A stretch of DNA of 24,000 bases from positions 32,895-56,894 of the forward strand of contig CAYPCS010000017.1 of NCBI GenBank assembly GCA_964409275.1, read 5' to 3'. This document shows positions 8,168 to 17,278 of the stretch, piece after piece. The translations under genes were made by a program, and so were the position numbers. The DNA is from an uncultured Granulosicoccaceae bacterium. Its GTDB lineage: Bacteria > Pseudomonadota > Gammaproteobacteria > Granulosicoccales > Granulosicoccaceae. Every line of letters starts with the position of its first letter. Position 1 is the stretch's first letter. The notes under the pieces are model-generated. The model was not told where the DNA came from and did no database searches. It worked only from the letters and a program-made list of their open reading frames with translations.

Positions 8168-8887
8168 TCAGGGCGAACAATAACTGGCGGCGAGAATGGG
8201 TCCGTTGAAACGCTCCTGCACAAATACCGCACAACCAGAATTTTCCTGTGCAAGCGCGGGTACCTCAACACTGGTTGTGTTCGCCCCGTCTCGCCACTCG
8301 CCTACCGCTTTAAGTTCCCGAACCACATGGTGGTTGTGCATGGTCTTGCCATGGTTTTCGCCTCGTGGTACTTCCGTCACCTGGTTGCGATCAAACACTG
8401 CAAGCCAGATATCGGCTCTTCGACTGTGATCACCTTCAACCGAGATAGTGATGTCGTTGCCCTCTTGCTTTGCAACAATTTCCAGAGGCGGGACCGCCAC
8501 TTTGAGCGCCTTGTTTACCGCGCGACGGCTTGAGCCAACCTGCGCCGTGTGTCCGTTGACCACCATTTGGGGTGTATAAACCCCTGGCCTGCCTTTAAGT
8601 GCTCTTTGGTTGTAGATACGCTGTCGGTTGGTGTACGAAGCATCAGAGAAGGGATCTTTCCAGGTGCCGGCCGAACCGTAATTCAGATCGTCCCAATAAT
8701 CTACATGGAACTCCAACGCTACCATCTCTGGATTATCCTTGATCAGCTTCGCCAGAAACTTGTCAGCAGGCGGGCAGGAATAGCAACCTTGTGAGGTAAA
8801 AAGCTCCACCATCGGTGCACTCTGCACCATCGAAAACGGGTAGAGAATACAACCCAACAAAACGCTTCGAGTCGCTAATTTCATCAT
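8168..8887 (-). CDS. DUF1223 (thioredoxin-fold) secreted protein
   Basis: Signal peptide followed by the characteristic VELFTSQGCYSCPPAD motif and HVDYWD. Length is typical for the family (239 aa). GGAGA SD upstream. Confidence 0.85.
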   Translation of the reverse strand: MMKLATRSVLLGCILYPFSMVQSAPMVELFTSQGCYSCPPADKFLAKLIKDNPEMVALEFHVDYWDDLNYGSAGTWKDPFSDASYTNRQRIYNQRALKGRPGVYTPQMVVNGHTAQVGSSRRAVNKALKVAVPPLEIVAKQEGNDITISVEGDHSRRADIWLAVFDRNQVTEVPRGENHGKTMHNHHVVRELKAVGEWRDGANTTSVEVPALAQENSGCAVFVQERFNGPILAASYCSP

Positions 8888-9098
8888 CTCAAGTCTCCTG
8901 CCTGATCTAAACCAACCGCAGACGCTTCACCCTGATCGCATTGCTTACGCAACATTGCCGGGCTTCCACCTGCACACCCCAATCTGGACAAGATCAAACG
9001 TTCTAAGTTCTCAGGTCCAACAGGGCGGACACAGATTTGACGGGAATTGAGCAACAGAGTCAGAAGACGCTGACAAGTGACGCCGCAAGCGGGTTTGT

Positions 9099-9884
9099 TC
9101 AATATCTAAAGTGTTTTATTTGCTCGCCACCATTGCCTATTTCAGTCATCGCTTCGACGCCCATTTCGAGATGAATGTCCGACCAGGCTGCAGAAGTTTT
9201 GCGATCCGACTCTTCCATTTTTACACCGTCCGGAGTAATAGGAACGTCTGACACAAGTAGTAGCGCGCCGCGGGCAATCTGATTGGCATGACCTACAATG
9301 AACACCGTTGCCGTTTCCATATCAATACCAATGCATGTCATGTCGTGCAAGCGTTGGTGAAAATCCCGATCGTGCTCCCACACACGTCGGTTACAGGTGT
9401 ACACCACGCCGGTACGATACTCATGACCGCGTCTCGCAACTATGTCAGAGACAAATTTATGTAGTTTGAACGATGGAAGCGCCGGTACTTTCGGGTGCAG
9501 ATAATCATCACTGGTGCCCTCTCCCCGAATGGCAGCGATCGGAAGAATAAAGTTGCCGATCTCTGTAGACTTCTTTAAACCGCCACATTTTCCCAGAAAC
9601 AATACAGCGCGGGGTTCAATCGCTGTAAGCAAATCCATCACTGTGGCGGCGTTGGCGGAACCCATGCCAAAATTTATAATTGTTATACCAGACCTGTTCG
9701 TAGCGGCCTGCATCGGCCGCCCTTCGCCGTATACTTCGCAGTCAAATCGCTCGGCAAACTGGGATACGTAGCCGGAGAAGTTAGTCAGAAGAATATAGTT
9801 TCCGAACCCGCCAAGTGGCATACCTGTGTAACGAGGCAGCCAGTTGGCGGTAATTTCAGATTTACTTAGCGTATCGTTTTCCAT
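9099..9884 (-). CDS. Short-form AMP nucleosidase (catalytic PNP/UDP-phosphorylase-fold domain only)
   Basis: ITANWLPRYTGMP...FGMGSANAATVMDLL...FLGKCGGL...AIRGEGTSDDY...GIDMETA resembles the C-terminal catalytic domain of Amn. The ~220-aa regulatory N-domain of E. coli Amn is absent. Confidence 0.75.
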   Translation of the reverse strand: MENDTLSKSEITANWLPRYTGMPLGGFGNYILLTNFSGYVSQFAERFDCEVYGEGRPMQAATNRSGITIINFGMGSANAATVMDLLTAIEPRAVLFLGKCGGLKKSTEIGNFILPIAAIRGEGTSDDYLHPKVPALPSFKLHKFVSDIVARRGHEYRTGVVYTCNRRVWEHDRDFHQRLHDMTCIGIDMETATVFIVGHANQIARGALLLVSDVPITPDGVKMEESDRKTSAAWSDIHLEMGVEAMTEIGNGGEQIKHFRY

Positions 9885-9906
9885 AGACCCACGATAGCTG
9901 CAGCTC

Positions 9907-11430
9907 CTAGCCGCCTGTCATTTGTAAAAACAGATTGGCATAGCGCGCACCTAAGGCGCGTAAACCTTCTGCCGAAAAATGAGACCCGAATGGATCGTCA
10001 GCGCGCTTTGGCAAATCGGTAGCAGGAACACAGCCGGTCAGCGGATCCGAATCAGAATTTAATGCCATCAGACGTCTGTTCACGCCTTCCGCGCGACGGG
10101 TTTCGCCACAGATAAACGCAGTATCGCTTCGACCCCATGACTCACCGCGGAAATTTTTAATCAGATTGGCAAGTTTGATCGCATAGTAGTTTCGATATTC
10201 ATTTGAATTCTCGGAGCTGAAGCCTGTCGCGCCGGCATCTGCAGTACCTTCATACAACCAGTCGTTCTCACCCTGGTGCCAGAGCACAACATCCACACTG
10301 GATTTGTGCGGGATAGCGTTTAAGGCCTGACGCACCTTGCTGCCGAGTTTATTGTAAAAAGCGGAGTTGAAATCCCAATGCGCAATACCGCGCCCGGGTG
10401 CGGCAGCAACGATAAACGCCGGTACTCTGCCTGGTGCATTTGTCGCGACGGTCTTGCCAAAGTGGAAGGCGAAGCTGTTTTGCGGATCGCGGCCCGGTGT
10501 ACTCAGTGACAGGTTACCCGGTGCGAAGTTATCATCCCAAACCTGATGCAGATCGGCTATCTGCCATCCATTTTCGGTGTAGGCAAAAACCCGCGGATTC
10601 GGTTGGTCGAGAAACGCGTCGAAGCCCGTTTGGGCTGCTGCAACGTTCGATTGTCCGGTAACCACAATTACGTCGGTAATATCTGCTATCGCAACTTCGT
10701 CGGCCGTTCCTGGCTTGGTCTTTCTATCGACCACACAAGTCTCGCCGTCCTCCCAGCCAAAGCCGTCACCATCCGGGTCAGACGACGCACTGCTGCAAAT
10801 TCGCTGTGGAGTCGTTGCCAGGCAACTGCGATTATTTTCCCAACCAAAACCGTCTCCGTCGGGATCACTGTTCAAGGACTGGCACACGGGCATCTCATCA
10901 CCTTGATCCTTGGCCTGTTCTGCCACCAGACAGGTGATGCCGTTTTCAAATCCGAAGCCGTCGCCATCCGGATCTGCCTGCGCTGATGAACAATCCGGGT
11001 AGTCTAGAACTTCATCACTACCTCCGGTGCCGCCGACCAGGCAGGTTCGATTATTTTCCCAGCCATAGCCATCTCCATCAGGATCGCTTCGCGAAGAAGC
11101 ACAGGCGGGAAAATCGGTGTTGGGCTGGTCGATCTTTGCGGTTCCGGTTACCAGGCAGGTTGTATTATTCTCCCAACCGAAACCGTCTCCGTCAGCATCA
11201 CTACCGGGCAACTCGCACGGTGGAAAATTCTTTACAGGATCTGCTGCAGAACCAGACACAACACAAGAACGGTTGTTCTCCCACCCCCAGCCATCGCCAT
11301 CACTATCAGCATTCGGAGAACTACAGTATTGTGTTGTTTGTTGCGCTTGAACGACTCCGCCGGAAAACAACACACCGACCACTAGTACTGCGTACACGAT
11401 CCCGAAGGACCGGGTTATTAAATAAGACAA
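9907..11430 (-). CDS. Secreted carbohydrate esterase (SASA/DUF303, CE6-like SGNH fold) with six N-terminal Cys-bounded DxDGDG-GWE repeats
   Basis: Signal peptide (…GGVVQAQQ), six repeats (residues 36-232), then VVTGQSN (nucleophile motif) and VLWHQGENDW, which are typical of sialate O-acetylesterase-like / CE6 esterases. The start is TTG at 11430, directly preceded by an in-frame TAA, so the exact start is uncertain. Confidence 0.85.
   Translation of the reverse strand: MSYLITRSFGIVYAVLVVGVLFSGGVVQAQQTTQYCSSPNADSDGDGWGWENNRSCVVSGSAADPVKNFPPCELPGSDADGDGFGWENNTTCLVTGTAKIDQPNTDFPACASSRSDPDGDGYGWENNRTCLVGGTGGSDEVLDYPDCSSAQADPDGDGFGFENGITCLVAEQAKDQGDEMPVCQSLNSDPDGDGFGWENNRSCLATTPQRICSSASSDPDGDGFGWEDGETCVVDRKTKPGTADEVAIADITDVIVVTGQSNVAAAQTGFDAFLDQPNPRVFAYTENGWQIADLHQVWDDNFAPGNLSLSTPGRDPQNSFAFHFGKTVATNAPGRVPAFIVAAAPGRGIAHWDFNSAFYNKLGSKVRQALNAIPHKSSVDVVLWHQGENDWLYEGTADAGATGFSSENSNEYRNYYAIKLANLIKNFRGESWGRSDTAFICGETRRAEGVNRRLMALNSDSDPLTGCVPATDLPKRADDPFGSHFSAEGLRALGARYANLFLQMTGG
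10735..11325 (-). repeat. Six tandem coding repeats (about 90-115 bp period) inside the esterase gene
   Basis: Each unit encodes C-x5-D-x-D-G-D-G-[WFY]-G-[WF]-E-[ND]-[NG]-x-[ST]-C. The first Cys falls at residues 36, 72, 110, 147, 183 and 212. On the + strand the DNA shows recurring ccaaCCnAAaCCgTCtCCgTC-like blocks. Confidence 0.85.
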
Positions 11431-11684
11431 TTACTTTCCAGAATAGAATCTACAGTTATGATCTATAGACCAGGATTCGCCCATTCGCCAATGCCGGCAT
11501 CGAAACGGCCCCGGGCTTAAAGGAAAATTCGCCATTTGAGCTGACGAAACATCGGGAGTTTCTAACAGGTCGAATCACCCGGTACGCCCGGTAACGCGAC
11601 CGGCGTCAAACAGGATGTAACGCTTTACGGTACCGGTGTCACGCAAAAACGATTATCGACCGGGGAGATTTGCAGGCAGTATGG

Positions 11685-12626
11685 TCACTGCTCAGTCATT
11701 TGCAAATATTTGGTGGCGTATCGGGTGCCCAGTATTCTCAGACCTTCAGCGGAAAAATGAAGGCGGTCCAGTATGGTGGAAAGTCCATCTGATTCAACAC
11801 AGCCCGTCCACGGATCGCCGTCATCGTTTAGCGCAGTTAAGAGCCGGTTCAACGGAGCCTGGACAGTTTCGCCACAAATAAAGGGTCTGCCACCACCGAA
11901 CCAGCTTTCGCCTCTGAAATTGTTTATCACATCTGCCAGCTTGCTACGATAATACTCGCTATCGTCCCAGTCGGTTTCACCCTGGTGCCACAGTATTCCG
12001 TCAACCGTTGCTTTGCTCGGCAGTTCATTCAGCGCCGTGATCACCTTGTTGCGAATCTTCAGGTAAAACTCGCCGTTGTAGTCCCAGGTATCTATTTCAG
12101 CACCAGGCGCTGTGACGAGAATAAAACCAACGATGCGATCAGATCGTCTTTCGGCTACTTTTGTGGCGAAGTGAAATCCAAAATTATTGGACGGATCAGT
12201 ATCCGGATCATTTCTCGGGTGCCAGCCCAGATCCCACACTTGGTGTAAATCGGCGACTTGCCAACCTTCGCTGGTGTATGCAAAAGCGCGTTCGTGGGGC
12301 ACGTCCCGCAACACATCAAACGTGGTATCGGCTCCCAGCGCATTGGACTGTCCGGTGACAAGAATCAGATCCGTGATGTTTCCCTCGAATACCCGCTCTG
12401 CGGCATCACCAAGCGCCGGTGAACTGTCTGGAAAAGGACCATCGTTATCGCCGCCATCGGCAGCACCGGACGCTATTTCTACTCGCACATCACCGTTACC
12501 GCTACCACCGCAGCCAGCCACCACAGCCATCAGCAAAACGGTTGCAAGCATTGCGCATAGTCGCCGGACAGCCGCGATAGTCAATTCTTTCAGGCGCGAA
12601 TCGATTGAAAATTTGATGACAGACAT
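11685..12626 (-). CDS. Lipoprotein carbohydrate esterase (SASA/DUF303, CE6-like), paralog of 9907-11430
   Basis: Lipobox LLMAVVAGCGG. It has LVTGQSNALGA and ILWHQGETDW, and its C-terminus HFSAEGLRILGTRYATKYLQMT is nearly colinear with the neighbour's HFSAEGLRALGARYANLFLQMT. Confidence 0.85.
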   Translation of the reverse strand: MSVIKFSIDSRLKELTIAAVRRLCAMLATVLLMAVVAGCGGSGNGDVRVEIASGAADGGDNDGPFPDSSPALGDAAERVFEGNITDLILVTGQSNALGADTTFDVLRDVPHERAFAYTSEGWQVADLHQVWDLGWHPRNDPDTDPSNNFGFHFATKVAERRSDRIVGFILVTAPGAEIDTWDYNGEFYLKIRNKVITALNELPSKATVDGILWHQGETDWDDSEYYRSKLADVINNFRGESWFGGGRPFICGETVQAPLNRLLTALNDDGDPWTGCVESDGLSTILDRLHFSAEGLRILGTRYATKYLQMTEQ

Positions 12627-12777
12627 AGTGTAAAGGGGCGACAGACATCACTCGCCACTGGAGTTCCGAAATGACCCTCTATTATCACCGTTACGGCAAA
12701 TTTCATCATGACGAGATGGGTAATTCACACGCCATTTAAAAGCAAAACCCGTTAATTGCACACTGACATTCCAGTCG

Positions 12778-14178
12778 TCAGGCAGTTCGTGTTTGCAGCC
12801 AGTGTTGGTGGGCCAAATCTATACCGACAATTGCGCGTTCAAACAGATCATCAATTTGCGCATGCGTAATAACCAGGGGCGGAGACAGAATCATCGCATC
12901 ATCGACCGCCCGCATTATCAATCCATGTTCCAGACACCTGTCTCGACAATAGGCACCCACCGAACCATCTGTTCCAAATGGTGCGTTGGAAGTTTTTTGC
13001 GGTACCAGCTGGATGGCGCCCAGCATTCCAACACCGCGAACCTGCCCCACAAAAGGGTGTTCGGCAAACGTGGCGAGTACACTTTGAAAATAGGGTGCGA
13101 TAGTTTCCCCGGCATTTTCGACAATACGCTCGCGTTGCATCACTTCTATGTTTGCCAGTGCGGCAGCAGCACAGGCCGGGTGACCCGAATAGGTATAGCC
13201 ATGATTAAACTCCCCGCCCCGCTGCAAACCCTCAGCCACCTTATCGCTAACCACTACACCACCTATTGGCAAATACCCCGAAGACAGACCCTTCGCAATA
13301 GCCATTAGGTCTGGCGAAATTTCAAACTGATCACTGCCAAACCATTTGCCGGTTCTGCCAAAACCGCAAATCACCTCATCGGCCACCAGCAGAATATTGT
13401 GCTCGCGACAAATTTGCTGAATTCGTGGCCAGTAGGTCGCAGGAGGTACAATAACACCACCGGCACCCTGCACCGGTTCGGCAATAAAGGCAGCCACATT
13501 GTCGGCGCCCAGTTCTACAATTTTATCCTCAAGGGCCTGAGCTGCGATTTCACCGAATTCATTTTCAGACTGATCGAACCCGTTGACGAACCAGTGCGGT
13601 TGCATGATGTGCTCAATATCCGGTATCGGTAATCCACCTTGCCGATGCATCGGTTTCATTCCGCCCAGACTGGCACCGGCCATGGTACTGCCGTGATAGG
13701 CGTTTTCGCGGCTGATGACAATACGCTTTTGCGGCTCACCCGTTGAGGCCCAGTAGTGGCGCACCATTCTTACCACGGTATCGTTAGCTTCGGACCCCGA
13801 GCCGCAAAAAAACACCTTGTTGAGGTGATCAGGAGTCAACTCCGCAACACGAGCCGCGAGTTCAATCACCGGTTGATGAGACGTTTGAAAGAAGGTGTTG
13901 TAGTACGGCAGCTGTTGCATTTGCTGATAAGCCGCATCCATAATTTCACGCCGGCCATAACCCACGTTAACGCACCACAATCCCGCCATACCATCTAAAA
14001 ATCGGTTGTCGTCACTGTCCCATAGATGCACGCCATCTGCGCGTTTGATAATCCTCGCACCTTTGCTGTTTAGCTTGTCACTGTCGGTAAACGGATGCAG
14101 ATGATGCTGCGCATCCATCGCCTGCAATGTTTCTGTTGACGCATTGTGCATATTTTCCACCGTATTCTCCGCGCTCAC
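12778..14178 (-). CDS. spuC: Class-III (omega) aminotransferase, SpuC-like putrescine/polyamine--pyruvate aminotransferase
   Basis: HHLHPFTD...GARII...DGMAGLWCVNVGYGR...LPYYNTFFQT closely follows the remembered Pseudomonas SpuC N-terminus. The putative PLP-lysine region is MAIAKGLSSGY. The start may be ATG 14151 instead of GTG 14178. Confidence 0.8.
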   Translation of the reverse strand: MSAENTVENMHNASTETLQAMDAQHHLHPFTDSDKLNSKGARIIKRADGVHLWDSDDNRFLDGMAGLWCVNVGYGRREIMDAAYQQMQQLPYYNTFFQTSHQPVIELAARVAELTPDHLNKVFFCGSGSEANDTVVRMVRHYWASTGEPQKRIVISRENAYHGSTMAGASLGGMKPMHRQGGLPIPDIEHIMQPHWFVNGFDQSENEFGEIAAQALEDKIVELGADNVAAFIAEPVQGAGGVIVPPATYWPRIQQICREHNILLVADEVICGFGRTGKWFGSDQFEISPDLMAIAKGLSSGYLPIGGVVVSDKVAEGLQRGGEFNHGYTYSGHPACAAAALANIEVMQRERIVENAGETIAPYFQSVLATFAEHPFVGQVRGVGMLGAIQLVPQKTSNAPFGTDGSVGAYCRDRCLEHGLIMRAVDDAMILSPPLVITHAQIDDLFERAIVGIDLAHQHWLQTRTA

Positions 14179-14238
14179 ACCTGTCGGGCCTGGCGTTGCA
14201 GGCTATTTCGCTTATCCGCGCAAGCCAATGCGCAGAAA

Positions 14239-14922
14239 TCAGTTTTCAGGCACAGATGTTAATCGACTTGCGATATTGAAGGACGGTAAATTTGGCACCG
14301 CGGCGGTCGTCGCACCGGTTATGTCAGCAAACGCGACGGATAAATCGTCGGAGAGCGCGGCTACGGCAACACTGTAGGCTGCCACCAGGGATGAGTAATT
14401 TTCCGCCTCTACCGGAACACGATACTCACTGATTCGGGTTTCCTTCAATTGGGCGGGCTTTGCGCCGGTGAGAATCTGCCAACGCACTTGCAGGTAGACA
14501 TCAGATTGCGTCGAGCCGATCATTTGCAAAACGTCGAGTCGCAACTGATAGTCAATCTGGCTTCCCAGCCAGGGATACGCGTAGAGCTTGTTTACGCCCA
14601 GACGCTCGGCTAGATTGGTAATCACCACCCGTGAGATGTTCTCTCTCAACGGTTCGCTCCAGCGATGGTATTCCGCAACCTCCATGTGGTTGTTATCTCG
14701 CGGGGTGACAATGTTTGGCCGGTTAACGGTTTCCGGTATGGTAATCGGACCAATACCAAGCGCCAGTGCCGATAAAGAAGGTGCTATCTGCAACGTCCCC
14801 TGTTCCGGAGTAATTACGTAATAATCAGGTAGCGGGGTATTTATACATCCACTCGCGAGCACCGACAATACCAGCACCAAACCTGCCACTACCTCACGCA
14901 CACGCAACAGCAGTAGTGACAT
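14239..14922 (-). CDS. pqiC: PqiC/YmbA-type ABC-transport auxiliary lipoprotein
   Basis: Start set at internal ATG 14922 (MSLLLL...LSVLASGC lipobox), 25 nt after the pqiB stop. YYVITP follows the Cys and RWSEPL is present, both typical of PF03886. The position after pqiB fits. Confidence 0.8.
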   Translation of the reverse strand: MSLLLLRVREVVAGLVLVLSVLASGCINTPLPDYYVITPEQGTLQIAPSLSALALGIGPITIPETVNRPNIVTPRDNNHMEVAEYHRWSEPLRENISRVVITNLAERLGVNKLYAYPWLGSQIDYQLRLDVLQMIGSTQSDVYLQVRWQILTGAKPAQLKETRISEYRVPVEAENYSSLVAAYSVAVAALSDDLSVAFADITGATTAAVPNLPSFNIASRLTSVPEN

Positions 14923-14947
14923 GAACCGGGCGGCAACGATGCGCAAA

Positions 14948-16669
14948 CTATTTACCAAAAAGAAATTCCTCAGGTTTTTTCTCGACAGACTCTGACACCA
15001 GCAACACTGCACGCGACATCGCCTGAACATCTTTAAGCGTGTTCAACAGGTTGTAGTACAACGGAGAGTCTGGTGCAATTCCCGCCATTGACTCATCGGC
15101 AGTTGCTGCAAAACGCTGCAGTTGATCAGCCAGCTTTTCAACTTCTCTGCGAGTGTTGCTCGCAAGTTTTGTGTACTCTGCCAGGGCAACGTCAGCAGAG
15201 TTGATCGAACCACCGAGTCGGTCAGCAAGTCCAAGCTTGTCAAAGCCTGCAAGAACAGCGTTGGCGTGCTCCATCGCAGAACCGGCGTTTTCAATCAACG
15301 ATTGCAATGGCAATGCGTTAATCGTTGCAAGAGCCGTCTGCACACCATCGGTTAGTTGATCAAGCGTAGATGGAACGCTTGGCATAATAACAATGCCTTC
15401 ATTGTTTTTGACGACCGCAACCGGAGTTGGCTCATCATAGATGGCAAGTTCCACAAACAGCTGCCCGGTAAGCAAGTTGCCGGTCTGTAGTTTGGCCCGC
15501 AATCCGTTACTAATAGCATTGAGAATAATCTCTGAATCTTCCGAGCTTTCCATGCGAAAACCACGTACGCGTTCGGGTTGTACTTCAATGTAGACCGGCA
15601 CTGCAGCGGTTCCGGTGGCGCGATCATAGGTAAGCCTGGTGTCCACCACCCGCCCGATCTGCACGCCCTGATACTCCACAGGTGCTCCGCGAGATAGTCC
15701 CCGAATTGATCCGTCAAAATAAATAACGTATTGGAATTTCCCCGAGCTTGCGTCTTTGATCAATTCTTCAGAAGCCGTTTCTTCGGATTCATGCAGATTG
15801 AACATGTGCCCGTCTTCGACTCGCTCCGGAAATTCATACTCATCAATGATATCGAACGCTACCCCTCCCTGTGCCAAACCTTCCAGCGATGGCGTACGTA
15901 CCTTGAAACCAGTCGAGTTTACCGACAGATTCACCCCGCTGATGTTCCAGAACCGGGTGGTGTTTCGAATTATCCGGTGATGCGGTGCATCAATAAACAC
16001 GGTGAATTCAACGCCGTCGTAGTTGTCCTGAAATTTCTGCGCTTCTACTTGCCCGACCACCACTTGCCGATAGTAAACGGGCGACCCGACGCTGACATAA
16101 CCCGCTTGTTTTGCCTGCAGCTTTAATCGCAAGCCGGGCGCATTTTCATCTTTTAGCGGAGGTTGTTCGAGTCCTTCAAATTCCCGTTGAGACGCGCCGC
16201 CTAAAATAGAATTTGCCTGTATATAGGCACCGGACAGCAATGTGCCCAACCCGGAAACGCCGCTCGTACCCACCCGCGGACGTACCACCCAGAAACGCGC
16301 ATGCTGGTTTAGAAACCGACGGGAATCCACAGTCATTCGGGCAGACACAATCACTGAATCCAGCTCTCCGCTGAGCCGAATACTGTCGACCACCCCGATA
16401 TTCACGTCGCGATATCGTATCGGCGTTTTGCCAGCCACCAGGCCTTCCGCACTGGCGAACCGGATTTCGATCTCCGGCCCTTGAGAACGATGATACGTAT
16501 AGGCCAGGTACACACCCAGAGCCGCGGCCAACAGCGGTGCAAGCCAAAACGCCGAAATGCGCTGACGGGCTTTTGGTGTATCCACCCGCGGCGTGACAGC
16601 TTCAACATCATAGCTGCGTTGTTGCCGTTTAGCGGTCGTGTGTCTGGGCCGCCTGAATCGATCATTCAT
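14948..16669 (-). CDS. pqiB: PqiB intermembrane transport protein (multi-MCE domain)
   Basis: N-terminal TM anchor followed by repeated MCE-like modules (GLVAGKTPIRYRDVNIGVV, VGSPVYYRQVVVGQV, RGAPVEYQGVQIGRV) and a C-terminal helical region. It sits in pqiA-pqiB-pqiC gene order. Confidence 0.9.
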   Translation of the reverse strand: MNDRFRRPRHTTAKRQQRSYDVEAVTPRVDTPKARQRISAFWLAPLLAAALGVYLAYTYHRSQGPEIEIRFASAEGLVAGKTPIRYRDVNIGVVDSIRLSGELDSVIVSARMTVDSRRFLNQHARFWVVRPRVGTSGVSGLGTLLSGAYIQANSILGGASQREFEGLEQPPLKDENAPGLRLKLQAKQAGYVSVGSPVYYRQVVVGQVEAQKFQDNYDGVEFTVFIDAPHHRIIRNTTRFWNISGVNLSVNSTGFKVRTPSLEGLAQGGVAFDIIDEYEFPERVEDGHMFNLHESEETASEELIKDASSGKFQYVIYFDGSIRGLSRGAPVEYQGVQIGRVVDTRLTYDRATGTAAVPVYIEVQPERVRGFRMESSEDSEIILNAISNGLRAKLQTGNLLTGQLFVELAIYDEPTPVAVVKNNEGIVIMPSVPSTLDQLTDGVQTALATINALPLQSLIENAGSAMEHANAVLAGFDKLGLADRLGGSINSADVALAEYTKLASNTRREVEKLADQLQRFAATADESMAGIAPDSPLYYNLLNTLKDVQAMSRAVLLVSESVEKKPEEFLFGK

Positions 16670-16672
16670 CGG

Positions 16673-17278
16673 CTAATCCCAGATCAGTCGTGGATCGAGT
16701 GAAATTGCCGACATCATCGTAAAGATTACTGCGGCACCAAACGCCGAGGCGCCGAGCCCGGGTTCAATACGAGCTACAGAGCCAATTTGTACCAGCGCGG
16801 CCAGAATCGCGACAACAAAAACATCAATCATCGACCAGCGACCTATAAATTCAGTCAGTCGGAATAACCGTGTTCGGTCGTAGCGACGATGCCGGTATCT
16901 GTTCTGAATGGAGATCAACAAAAAGGCGATGGCCAGAAACTTAAGCACCGGCACCACTATACTGGCAACAAAAACCACCAGTGCTACCGGGTAGGACTTG
17001 AGCTCCAGCAGTACCAGAATTCCGCCGAGGATAGTGTTGGGTTCAGAATCACCAAACACAGTGGTATACATAATCGGATAAATGTTTGCCGGCACATAGA
17101 CCAGCAAGCCAGCCAACAACCAGGCCCAGGATCGCTGCAGACTCATCGGCTTGCGGGAGTAGAGCCGCGCATAACACAGCTGACAGCGTGAGGGTTGTTG
17201 TATTCGATCGGGCGACAGCCGCGTTATTGTGCCACAGGCAGGACAAGCCACCAGTCCACATTCTGCCGCTGTTTTCAC
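16673..17278 (-). CDS. pqiA: PqiA-family integral membrane protein (second half-size paralog)
   Basis: CPACG...CQLC zinc-ribbon-like N-terminus followed by the PqiA TM domain. GTG start overlaps the upstream stop (GTGA, 17275-17278). Confidence 0.85.
   Translation of the reverse strand: MKTAAECGLVACPACGTITRLSPDRIQQPSRCQLCYARLYSRKPMSLQRSWAWLLAGLLVYVPANIYPIMYTTVFGDSEPNTILGGILVLLELKSYPVALVVFVASIVVPVLKFLAIAFLLISIQNRYRHRRYDRTRLFRLTEFIGRWSMIDVFVVAILAALVQIGSVARIEPGLGASAFGAAVIFTMMSAISLDPRLIWD

Noticed and set aside
8884-9102. A 72-aa ORF filling the amn/DUF1223 spacer.
   Set aside because: It has no SD, it overlaps both neighbours' ends by 4 nt only because stops happen to be absent, and its sequence is featureless. 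I treat it as non-coding.
10434-11468. Several + strand ORFs (10434-10661, 10546-10986, 10715-10906, 10986-11468, 11117-11350) opposite the repeat esterase gene.
   Set aside because: They are artefacts of the repetitive, GC-biased repeat-coding DNA. Their repeated PKPSPSGS-type peptides simply mirror the DGDGxGWE repeats.
14923-15030. The N-terminal extension of pqiC in the ORF track (start 15030, overlapping pqiB by 83 nt).
   Set aside because: The extension (MFRRCRVQCCWCQ...) is Cys/Arg-rich and precedes a perfectly good lipoprotein signal peptide that begins at ATG 14922, just after the pqiB stop.
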